14,020 nt of DNA from Octopus sinensis (lineage: Eukaryota): the NCBI RefSeq assembly GCF_006345805.1, contig NW_021825889.1, positions 1 through 14,020 on the forward strand, written 5' to 3'. The position numbers and the translations under genes are program-made. The notes under the pieces were generated by a model that ran no database searches, was not told the DNA's origin, and worked only from the letters and a program-made list of their open reading frames with translations. Below are positions 1 through 8,639 of the stretch, piece by piece. Numbering within the stretch: the stretch's first letter is position 1; the number at the start of each line of letters is the position of its first letter.

Positions 1-27
1 CTTCGAATTTTCCATATATTCTTGGAG
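1..27 (+). repeat. 27-nt perfect inverted copy of PLE 3' region 8944-8970, probably the edge of another PLE copy
   Basis: cttcgaattttccatatattcttggag (1-27) is the exact reverse complement of 8944-8970. The match runs to the window edge. Confidence 0.6.
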
Positions 28-633
28 CTTTAATATTAGCGTCTCTGATGCAACAAACCAATCCAGTATGTACAAATTTACGTGATTTAAATATCGCTGA
101 ATGTGTATTGCCTCAATGTGTATATTTGCCTTTCATATCAAAATATCTATTTTACATATATCTTTTATGAAGCATTTAATGGATTGAAATTTTACTTTTC
201 ATATATGGACTGATAACCCAGAACTTTGTATCAAATCCAAAATCTTCCATAGTATATTAGGTCAAGGAAAAAGTTTGTGCACTGTATTAAATATATACAC
301 TTTTTTAAAATATTTTTTGTGTGTGTTCATTCAGTTCATTATTTTAACATGGCGCACAGACTTTTTCTTCACCTAGTGTGTATGTATTACATACATACAG
401 ACAGTTAGACATGCAGACGACAGATAAGAATAAAATCGGATTAAAAAGTCCTGGCAGGTATCAAGTAAGCACTCAGTATAAAAGAATAAGGTTAAATTTC
501 CAACAATCAGATACCAGTAAATGTAAATAGAATATAAATCCCAGTTAAATCCTCATGCACGACAGGTAAATCCAACAATCCTTTTGTAATAAGAAGTAAA
601 GGTGTGATCTAAAATAAAGATAGGACTTTCTTC

Positions 634-1020
634 ATATATATATATGATATATATATATATATATAAAACTGAGAATGTGTGTCTGTCTGTCTGTCTGTGT
701 GAATCCCTAAAACTTGAGAACTACACAATAAATTTCATTCAAATTTTACACATGCCTTACTTGGGGTCCAGGGAGTGTCATGGGCAAAAAATTTCTAACT
801 TCTTACCTAGGGCGAACCCACAGCATATCTTCTCCACTATATCAGTATTACATGTTAAAAGTGAAACAAAAACATCTCTCTATTCTAATGTCAGATACTT
901 TCACTTTAATACTGAAACTATTAAAGTCAAACTATTATATAAGGGGGATGAACCATTAACAGTGGACATCCATTTTGCTAGAAGAAGATCCGCTATGGTC
1001 TTATATGCAACACCACTGGT
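634..1020 (+). mobile_element. Non-autonomous Helitron-like element fragment, 3' end missing
   Basis: It starts in (TA)n, followed by aaaactgagaatgtgtg-(tctg)n and an 'aaatttcattcaaatttt' tract, resembling the 5' region of invertebrate non-autonomous Helitron/DINE-type repeats. No CTAG 3' end is visible. The family call is from recall only. Confidence 0.35.
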
Positions 1021-1080
1021 TTTCAATTCATATTAATCAGATTAATATTCAATTTCTCACCCTTATTATTTTAAATTTAA

Positions 1081-1140
1081 ACTCAGGCCTATGTGTTTTG
1101 GAATGAAGTTTGTTACCACACAGCCACACCTGCACCAATG
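1081..1140 (-). mobile_element. Inverted partial copy of the SINE 5' (tRNA-like) head
   Basis: 1091-1140 is the reverse complement of 1332-1381 with 3 mismatches in 50 nt. Confidence 0.7.
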
Positions 1141-1335
1141 TGTGTGTGTGTGTGTATAGCTGTATATGTATACATTTATTTCTATACATATAGATGTTTA
1201 TGTATACATGTATATGTGTAGATGTATATATATATAGATGTACATGTAATATGTACACATATATATTCACATACATACATGCATACATATATACACTCAT
1301 ACACGCATACACACACACACACACACACATGCATA

Positions 1336-1495
1336 GGTGCAGGTGTGGCTGTGGGGTAACAACCTTCATTCCAAAACACATGGTCCTAAGTTCAGTCCCA
1401 CTGTGTAGTGACTTGGCATGTGTTTTCTGCTATAGCCTCAGACCAACCAAAGCCTTGTCAGTGGATTTTGTAGACAGAAACTGAAAGAAATCAAT

Positions 1496-1528
<33 letters not shown>

Positions 1529-1670
1529 ATAAGTAAGTCTATGTGTGTGTCTTTGTGTTTCTCCCTCATCACTGCACACACAACTGGTGTTCATTTATTT
1601 ACATCCCCATAACTTACTAGTTTCACAAGAAGAAACTGATAGAATAAGTACCAGGCTTATCAAAATAAAA
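1336..1670 (+). mobile_element. tRNA-derived SINE (octopus-type)
   Basis: A-box-like tggctgtgggg (1346-1356), B-box-like agttcagtccc (1389-1399), a body with an internal (TA)n/(TG)n tract and an A-rich end near 1665. It resembles tRNA-derived SINEs I recall from octopus. Confidence 0.7.
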
Positions 1671-1711
1671 AAAAACCGCTAGGCAGTATCTCATATTTTT
1701 GTTTGCCCACA

Positions 1712-1736
1712 CAATTTATATATATATATATTTATG

Positions 1737-1767
<31 letters not shown>

Positions 1768-1786
1768 TATATATATACTTACATAC

Positions 1787-1871
<85 letters not shown>

Positions 1872-1910
1872 TCTATATATACATATATCTATATATATAT
1901 ATATATGTAT
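1712..1910. repeat. Compound (TA)n/(TG)n microsatellite with a pure (TA)n run of about 65 nt (about 1800-1865)
   Basis: Directly visible. It explains the IY/CV-repeat ORFs at 1699-2114. Confidence 0.97.
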
Positions 1911-1911
1911 A

Positions 1912-2100
1912 TGGATTTCGTAGACAGAAACTTAAAGAAATCAATCGTATATATATGTATGTATATATTTAAGTGTATGTGTGTGACTTTGTTTCTGTGT
2001 TTCACCCTCATCACTGCTTCACAACTGCTGTTCGTTTATTTACATCCCCATAACTTACTGTTTTCACAAGAAGAAACTAATAGAATAACTTATAGAATAA
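1912..2100 (+). mobile_element. Second, 5'-truncated copy of the SINE 3' half
   Basis: Direct repeat of about 1462-1650 (ggatttYgtagacagaaactKaaagaaatcaatcgtatatat ... ccctcatcactgc ... tttatttacatccccataacttact ... cacaagaagaaact). Confidence 0.75.
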
Positions 2101-2367
2101 CTGCAATCAAATAACTTTACTCAACACTTTGCAACTGAATCAGTGGAGGCAAAGATGCTTCTCGTTTACTTGACAATTTATATGCAGCACATTGCAGAAA
2201 TCACAATCTAAGTGTATGTCAAAGCAAACTCTTACACTGTTGTACCACTGAATTACAAATAATGCTCATCTATGCTTGGATAATCCCACAGCTTCCAAGA
2301 GTACAACTATTCGTCTTTGCTTAGATAAAATGACAAAATTGTGGGTGTTAAGTCCCCATGAAGGGGT

Positions 2368-2719
2368 CTTTCTAACTCTGGCGAGGATGTAGTCAATTTG
2401 GCTAGTGTGTCTGCCAGAACGGTAGGTGACTGGCAGTTTTCCTGAAGTTAGTATTGCAAACCATAAGATCATTTGCATCGCAGAACTCCAGCATCCTGGT
2501 TCCTTCCTCATTGTTGGAACCAAAACTGTAGCCTCCATGTATGTCATGGAGGGTCCCCTGTATGTTGTCCAACATGTCCATTGAAGTCACCAGCCACAAA
2601 TATAAGGTCCCTATCATTTGTCAACGAGGTAATCTGCAAGAGGGAGTCATAGAATCAGTCTTTCTGTCCATCGGGTAGCCTTGGCTGAGCGGCATAGGCC
2701 GAGATAATGGTTGCTAGCT
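2368..2719 (-). mobile_element. RTE-clade LINE fragment, apurinic-like (APE) endonuclease domain, degenerate
   Basis: Minus-strand translation across frameshifts gives LATIISAYAAQP, IFVAGDFNGHVG, GYSFGSNNEEGTRMLEFCDANDLMVCNTNF and TYRSGRHTSQIDYILAR. These are the APE motifs SAYAP, GDFN and IDY. One internal stop. Confidence 0.9.
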
Positions 2720-2744
2720 CATATATATATATATATATATATAT

Positions 2745-3056
2745 ACTTTATTGAAAAGCAGCAGAAATTTAATAAAAGCTGTTACTCAGAGTTTCATGTT
2801 CCCATTCGTTTGACAGTTTTGTTAAAATAGAACAGAAATAACGATATGATCGAAAACTACTTAAAGGATGCCCCTTTAAAAATAGAGTTGTTTCATTGGT
2901 CCTTTCAGTTAACAGTCTTAAGCAAGCAATGAACAAAATAAATAAAGTAAATGAATTCAATATAAATTCATCCAATTATAAAAACCGAAGAAAACCTCAA
3001 ATCAAAGAGTGGATTCAAAAGACATATATAGATGATTATATACAAAATATAATTCA
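2745..3056 (-). mobile_element. Probable Penelope-like element terminal (pLTR) fragment
   Basis: It contains a hammerhead fold at 2779-2816 followed on the minus strand by AATAAA and (TA)n, the same layout as the PLE tail at 8482-8640. The left limit is set by the microsatellite and the right limit by the Helitron-like end. Confidence 0.45.
2779..2816 (-). ncRNA. Minimal type I hammerhead ribozyme with decayed core
   Basis: Minus RNA: CUGU-CAAACGA-AUG GGAA CAU-GAAA-CUCUGAG-UA-ACAG. Stems I, II and III all pair, and GAAA and UH are intact. The CUGANGA box reads CAAACGA (2 changes). Confidence 0.6.
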
Positions 3057-3057
3057 A

Positions 3058-3270
3058 CTAGTTTAATGTGACCCGCTCTACGCATGGGTGAGGGTGTGGT
3101 TGTTACTTTCTGTTGCTTCCTTTCTGTTTCTTTTCGCCCCATTCTCCCTCTTTATTTCTCTCTCCTTTCTCTCTCACTTTCCCACTCTCTTACTCTTCCT
3201 TTCTCTCGGACTCTCCCTCGCTTTCTCTTACTCTTTATCTTTCTCTATCTATCTCTCTCCCATTTATAAA
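3058..3270 (-). mobile_element. Helitron-like 3' end followed by a CT-rich tract
   Basis: Minus strand reads acccatgcgtagagcgggt (hairpin, 3071-3089), a 9-nt spacer, CTAG (3058-3061), then T. This is the canonical Helitron 3' signature. Confidence 0.6.
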
Positions 3271-3272
3271 AA

Positions 3273-3516
3273 AATTAAATTTCCGCACTTAAATTACAAA
3301 TCCGTTTCCACTTTATCATGTTGAAAATTTGATTGAAATCAGGCAAAAGATGTCCAAACTAGACCCCCAAGTGTCCACAAAAATCAATAAAATCTCCATT
3401 TTCAAACCAAAGCAACTACTGTTGTGCCCCAAAACGTCTCCCGATCAATTTCTCACCTCAAATTATCCTCTCCTGTAAATTTTAATCCCCTTCCAGCCCC
3501 ATTTAGACCCCATTTT
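3273..3516 (+). repeat. 244-bp direct repeat, copy 1 (copy 2 at 3890-4133)
   Basis: By-eye alignment shows 2 mismatches in 244 nt, with an offset of 617 nt. Confidence 0.95.
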
Positions 3517-3563
3517 ACATAAAAATCAATTTGTATCAACGTTTGCCTTCTTCATTTTATAGA

Positions 3564-3780
3564 TTAGACAGATATACCCGGCCTTGCTCAGGATTAAAAT
3601 AGTTTATTATTGTTTTACTTGTTTTGGTATTATAACCCAATTTCATTTGGGTCTACGTGGGCCACATTTTAAAAGATGAGGAATTTTGCCCTAGAGGCCA
3701 TGCCTTTCAATTGAGCAAACTCACTAGCACTTTTAACATAGGTGTGCATATTTTCAGCTCAATCTGACCACATATGCACA
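3564..3780 (-). mobile_element. Second, more decayed Helitron-like 3' end
   Basis: ttagacagatatacccggccttgctcagg fits a reverse-oriented CTAG plus cccg...cggg hairpin if two substitutions are allowed. Confidence 0.35.
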
Positions 3781-3783
3781 CAT

Positions 3784-3804
<21 letters not shown>

Positions 3805-3814
<10 letters not shown>

Positions 3815-3935
3815 TTCGAGACAAAACCACTATTTTGCAAAACAAGCAAGGAAAGACTTAATCAATACATAAAAATTTTTAATATAAAGAATTAAATTTC
3901 CGCACTTAAATTACAAATCCGTTTCCACTTTATCA
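3805..3935 (-). mobile_element. PLE terminal fragment homologous to 8488-8597
   Basis: ataatattaatt(c/a)gagacaaaaccactatt...gaaagacttaatc(c)aatacataaaaattt...aattaaatt...cact is shared with the tail of the PLE at 8482-10340. Both abut (TA)n. Confidence 0.8.
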
Positions 3936-4133
3936 TGTTGAAAATTTGATTGAAATCAGGCAAAAGATGTCCAATCTAGACCCCCAAGTGTCCACAAAAA
4001 TCAATAAAATCTCCGTTTTCAAACCAAAGCAACTACTGTTGTGCCCCAAAACGTCTCCCGATCAATTTCTCACCTCAAATTATCCTCTCCTGTAAATTTT
4101 AATCCCCTTCCAGCCCCATTTAGACCCCATTTT
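3890..4133 (+). repeat. 244-bp direct repeat, copy 2
   Basis: Near-identical to 3273-3516. Confidence 0.95.
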
Positions 4134-4165
4134 TTCCCTGTAAATTTGGATTTATTCCCTAATAT

Positions 4166-4210
<45 letters not shown>

Positions 4211-4312
4211 CGCATTAAATATGTACATATATACGCATTATATATACATGTCTACACACACACATATATATAAATATATACACTTTATACATATACACGT
4301 ATATATATATAT

Positions 4313-4488
4313 ATCATCATCATCATTATTGTTTAATGTCCGCTTTCCATGCTAGCATGGGTTGGACGATTTGACTGAGGTCTGGCGAACCAGATAGCTG
4401 CACAGGGTCCAATCTGATCTGGCAGAGTTTCTACTGCTGGATGCCGTTCCTAACGCCAACCACTCCGAGAGTGTAGTGGGTGCTTTTA
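4313..4488 (-). mobile_element. RTE LINE 3' tail ending in (GAT)n
   Basis: Homologous to 11392-11567, the tail of the longer RTE copy (shared ttccat.ct.gcatgggt.g, gctgcac, ccaatctgatct, ggatgcc.ttcctaa.gc.aacc, gagagtgtagtggg). Confidence 0.85.
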
Positions 4489-4572
4489 TTATTGTCTTAC
4501 GTGTTTCAGTATTATAACCCGATTTCATTCGGGTCTACGTGGGCCACATTTTAAAAGATGAGGAATTTTGCC
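4485..4572 (+). repeat. 88-bp copy of 3603-3690 inserted at an internal RTE deletion
   Basis: 82/88 identical to 3603-3690. It contains the hairpin acccga-tttcat-tcgggt. Confidence 0.9.
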
Positions 4573-5595
4573 ATATACTTTTCTTGTGGCTGTCTCACTT
4601 CAAAGATGGCATCTGTGGAATTCTTTCCAGGTACAAAACCAAACTGCATCTCATCTAGTTTCATTCTATTTCTAATCAATTGAGCCATAACTCTCTCTAA
4701 CATTCATGACTTGGTCTAGCAATTTAATACTTCTGTAATTGTTTCTATCTAAGGCATCACTTTTACCCTTGTAACTATTATACTACTACACTTGTCATTG
4801 AGGATGGTGCTTTCCTGAATAACCTGATTAACTATGCAGGTGACTAAGCTGTATCCTACACCACCAGAAATTTTAATCATCTCGGTAATGACTCTTGATG
4901 GCTTAGGGGCTTTCCCTATCTTCATGTCCTTAATTGCCTTATCTATTTTACTTCTATCAACTCTGATGGCTAGTTCCTCAATTGGTTCGATATTTGGTAA
5001 ACTCTCCTCCCATTCATATTCCACATTTAATAACATTTCATTGTGACACTGCTATACATCTTACTTCTATGATTTGCTAAGTGCAAGCATACCATTATCC
5101 ATTCGCACACATTTCTCACCCACCACATCTCTATTCTCTCTGATACACTGCTTTGCAATCCTGAACATCTCATACTGTAGAACATTTGCAAATCTCTTAC
5201 CTTCAGCTACTCCTTTTGCTATGCATACCTGACGCCTAGCTGCCCTTTTGGCTACCTGATATAATTCTCTGCTTCCTCTGGTTTTCCAGTTTTTCCAGGC
5301 CTGTCTTTTTGATTTTATAGCACTGTCAACTTCCTTGCTCCACTACCATGTCACCCTTGATCTAGCTGGGACTCTGCACCAACCACAGATTTCATCTGTA
5401 GCCCTCAGTAGATTGTCCCTCAGGAACTTTCAGTTGTCCTCTAAGCTATGTGTCCCCAACTCTTCCTCTCTTTCTTCAGAAGCTTCCATTAGTAAATCTC
5501 TAAATTTTTGTCTGTTTGCTGGGTCTTTGAGTTGATATTAAGTTGACCACTTAATATCTTACTTTTTTGCAACATGGTCTCTTAATAATTTGTCT
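4566..5595 (-). mobile_element. RTE-clade LINE body (linker plus RT N-terminal part), degenerate
   Basis: Translation across frameshifts gives IDKAIKDMKIGKAP, EMIKISGG, KGDALDRNNYRSIKLLDQVM and MQFGFVPGKNSTDAIFEVRQPQEKYMAK. Confidence 0.92.
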
Positions 5596-6350
5596 GTCTA
5601 ACTAAATTCATCTTTTCCTCATACTTAAAGGCGAAGTTTGTTTAAAGAAATGGCTAAACAATACTGTAGCATCTAAAAACAAGGAATCTCTAACTTAGTT
5701 ACTCGTTGTCAATTATTGTAGCATTGCCACTATTTATAATGATACTTGTTTACACTATAACTATGTAGTAACAATAAATATGTAATGAAGCAGGGTCACA
5801 ACCTAACAATACAACAAGTGCTCCACAAACTATAAATGAATCAACAAGTGATATTCTGACAAACTCTCCAAATGACACTTTACGACTTTCTGCAATTAAC
5901 GCCTATTCTCTCTCATTCTGACCCCTATTATTTATAGTCGTTCAGTCGAGTCTGTTCTCACAGGGGGTGTCATGACTCTCGCCACAACACAGGGAAAGGA
6001 TGAAAAGATCATAACTAGAATGCCTTTGGTAAAATGTCTGTTCAATCAAGGCTAACTTATTCAGATATAATGTTTTCCAGCTTTTTCATTACCTTTAACT
6101 CGAGATGATTGACTTAACCACTGAACAGATTGTTTCCTTTCAGCTTATATTCAGTTTCTTGGATGCTGCTCTTGAATTTCATTTCTAAAATATAGTTGGC
6201 ATTTCTTATGCATCACAAACTTTGAAAAGTATTCTATAGAATATCTTTTAAAGAAGCAGGTAGGTAAGCCAAAATGCAAATTTCTTAAAAACAAAACTTA
6301 ACTTTTGCTGATGAAGTCCTATTAAATTCATAAAATAATTATAAAATAAA

Positions 6351-6882
6351 TCATCATCATCACCGTCGTCGTCGTCGTCGTCGTCTAATTGTTCAATATT
6401 TGTTAGATTGAGACAAATTTCTACTGCGTCACCTGCTACACTGCTGTGTTGCTGGGGGTTGCAGCATTGTATGTTCTTTTCTGCTGTTGGGAGTGTGCAT
6501 CTTCCCAGTACTCTACTGTATTACCTTTTTTTCCCTTGAGATGTGGTGCTGTCTTCTGTTGTGTTACTGCTTATATTATGTGTTGAGTGTGTAGTGCTTT
6601 GGCTGTTTAGCTTGCTGGTGGAAGTATATTTCACTGGGTAAACGATGTATAGAGTGTGTCTTGTATTTGTAGGTTGTTTTGTTTAGGTTGTATTATTGGA
6701 TTGATAGTGTCTTGCATAGAATGTGGGCTGTTCCTAGTAGGGCTATTTTTTAAAAAGTGTGTAGTGTTGAGGATCCAGGTATAGCTTCTACACTTCTGTT
6801 CATATGTTTTTTTATCATGCCCAATGCTCCAGTTATTATTGGTATTATTTTTACCTTCATGCCCCACACTTTGAATACTTCA
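6351..6882 (-). mobile_element. 3' end of a REL-endonuclease LINE (R4/Dong-like), copy B, with 3' UTR and (GAC)n(GAT)n tail
   Basis: Translation gives VWGMKVKIIPIITGALGMIKK...AIPGSS..., then after a frameshift KIALLGTAHILCKTLSIQ* (stop at 6693-6695). This matches the C-terminal 'P++IGALG...LLGTA.ILR' pattern of R4/Dong-type ORFs. Confidence 0.8.
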
Positions 6883-6884
6883 TT

Positions 6885-7310
6885 ATCACCATTATCATTA
6901 TTCATATACACACAACACATTAGACTGTTGGAGAAGAAAAAATCCTAACATTGGGCTACAATACGTAACCTTAGATGCCAAGAACCCTTCTAAGTATCCT
7001 AGCTGTCCCTAATAATACTATTTTCTGCAACTGTACTAAACTGGGTTTTATACCTATTTCCTCTATTCATCTTTTCAAATATTTAGAGATATTTCCTAAT
7101 GCACCTATAAGTACTGGAATACATTTTACCAGCACTTTCCATAGTCTCTGTAATTCAATGGCTAGGTTCTAATACTTTGCTGTTTTTCTATACCTTTCAT
7201 ATTGATTTTTTCATCATTTGGAACTGTAAAGTCAATTATCTAGCACTTTCTATTCTCCTTATCTACTACTACTAAATCAGGCCTTCTAACTTGCAAAATA
7301 CGATTATTTG
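6885..7310 (-). mobile_element. 3' end of a REL-endonuclease LINE (R4/Dong-like), copy A
   Basis: RRPDLVVVDKENRKC*IIDFTVPND (PD-D/ExK core, RPD at 7276-7284), then after a frameshift LAIELQRLWKVLVKCIPVLIGALG...LQKIVLLGTARILRRVLGI* (stop at 6971-6973). Confidence 0.88.
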
Positions 7311-7439
7311 CACCTCTGAGGATTGTGAATGAAATTGTCTTTTTCTTAATGTCAGACACCAATGACCAGATGTCCAATCATCGACCACAACTGAGATGGT
7401 GATGATGATGATGATGATAATGATATACATATACAACTA

Positions 7440-8037
7440 ATCCACCATTATTGACAATGACCAAGGGTATCTCTTGAGACTAGAAGATGGATCACAGTGT
7501 TTGGCCGTGGCCATTCAGTCTGATGCATGCTCAGAAGGCTCTTCCACAAATCGGGCACTGGAAGTCTGCTGGGGCTGAAAGTAAAGAGTTGGCTCTGCAT
7601 TGTATGCATTTTCACCATGCCCTCACAATCCTGTTCTGTTTGTAGGAGGTGGTACTTCTGTTGGTGTAGTCAGGCAGGGCAGTCTTGAGCTTGTATTTCC
7701 CAGGTACCAGTGTTGATCTGAAAGCTCTTCAGTGTATCCTTGAAGCACTTTTTCTGTTCACCTTGCATGCACTTGCCTTCTGTCAGGTCACTGTAAACCA
7801 ATCTCTGAGGGAGTTGCATGTCAGGCATTTGAACAAGATGGGTCTCAACTTTTGACTTGTCTAACTAGGTGATTTCCAACAACTTTCTAGGGCAGTGATA
7901 TCAAAGCAATTTAGCTTTTCGGTGTGACATATCTAAACCATACAAATCTCACAGGCATACAATAGCATAGGCAGTAAAGCTGCTTCATACACCTTTACCT
8001 TGGTGACCAGCCGAATACCTCTCCTCACCTACAGTGA
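7440..8037 (-). mobile_element. RTE (BovB-like) LINE 3' portion, degenerate
   Basis: RRGIRLVTKVKVYEAALLPMLLYACE...QMPDMQLPQRLVYSDLTEGK...GEQKKCFKDTLK, the post-RT region of BovB/RTE ORFs. Confidence 0.85.
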
Positions 8038-8335
8038 TTTGGCTGCCTGGACAAATTCACCAGTATGGTGTGTCAGTTTCACAACAACATGCTTGCTCAA
8101 GTACTGGATCAAGGAGTTTCTTCCTCTGACACATTCCCAGTCACTCATGAAGTCAAGAAGGGCTGTGTACTTGCACCTATGCTATTCAGCATGAGGTACT
8201 CAGCCATGCTGTTGGATGCTTCTGCAATGATGATAAAACCAGCATCAAGATCATATTCACTACTGATGGCAGACTCTTTAATCTGGGGAGGCTACAGGCC
8301 AAAACCAAGATGGAAGAAGACTCAGTGTATGACCT
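8038..8335 (+). mobile_element. Inverted upstream RT segment of the same BovB-like RTE
   Basis: FGCLDKFTSMVCQFHNNMLAQVLDQG...FPVTHEVKKGCVLAPMLFS, then after a frameshift DGRLFNLGRLQAKTKMEEDSVYDL. This is RT motif B' (QGCVLAP) up to just before YADD/FADD. Confidence 0.88.
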
Positions 8336-8593
8336 TTAGGTGTTTTAGCAACCAGTGCTATGAGGGAGTCATCCCCAAGTGCTATGCTGCAGTGACTCTG
8401 GCAAACAAACAAAACACATACATGGAATATGTGCAACCAATAATGTTTACAACATTAGAGTTGCTTTTAATTCATTACTGAATATATATATATAATATTA
8501 ATTAGAGACAAAACCACTATTAAGCAAATCAAACAAAGAAAGACTTAATCCAATACATAAAAAATTTATATAAATTAAATAAAATTAAATTCG

Positions 8594-8639
8594 CCACTAC
8601 AATTGTTTCGTGTCTCTTCTAAGGACATTCATCAGGTGG
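8594..8639 (-). ncRNA. Minimal type I hammerhead ribozyme (PLE-associated)
   Basis: Minus RNA: CCAC-CUGAUGA-A UGUC CUUAGAAGA GACA C-GAAA-C AAUU G-UA-GUGG. All core nucleotides are intact, stem I has 4 bp, stem II has 4 bp with an A.C mismatch at its base, and stem III is the palindrome ACAAUUGU. Confidence 0.85.

Noticed and set aside
644-1036. 130-aa plus-strand ORF
   Set aside because: It starts in (TA)n, spans a non-coding repeat, and has no recognisable domain or splice context.
1049-2114. Many 65-130 aa ORFs rich in IY/CV/HT repeats
   Set aside because: They are read-through of (TA)n/(TG)n/(CA)n microsatellites and SINE sequence.
2232-2260. Possible 12-nt minus-strand microexon (ttcag|tggtacaacagt|gtaaga)
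   Set aside because: Such signals are expected by chance, and they cannot be supported without RNA data.
3084-3324. Hydrophobic L/S/F-rich ORFs resembling membrane proteins
   Set aside because: They are translations of a CT-rich low-complexity tract.
4490-4510. Minus-strand GAAACACGUAAGAC resembling the 3' half of a hammerhead
   Set aside because: There is no CUGANGA box or stem I partner upstream in either copy of the 88-bp unit.
5782-5920. About 40-codon N/S/T-rich open frame on the plus strand
   Set aside because: Short, bounded by stops, with no motif or splice support.
6130-6268. Plus-strand acceptor (ttcctttcag) and donor (cag|gtaggt, g|gtaagc) suggesting an exon
   Set aside because: All three frames from the strong acceptor contain stops, and it is opposite to the supported gene.
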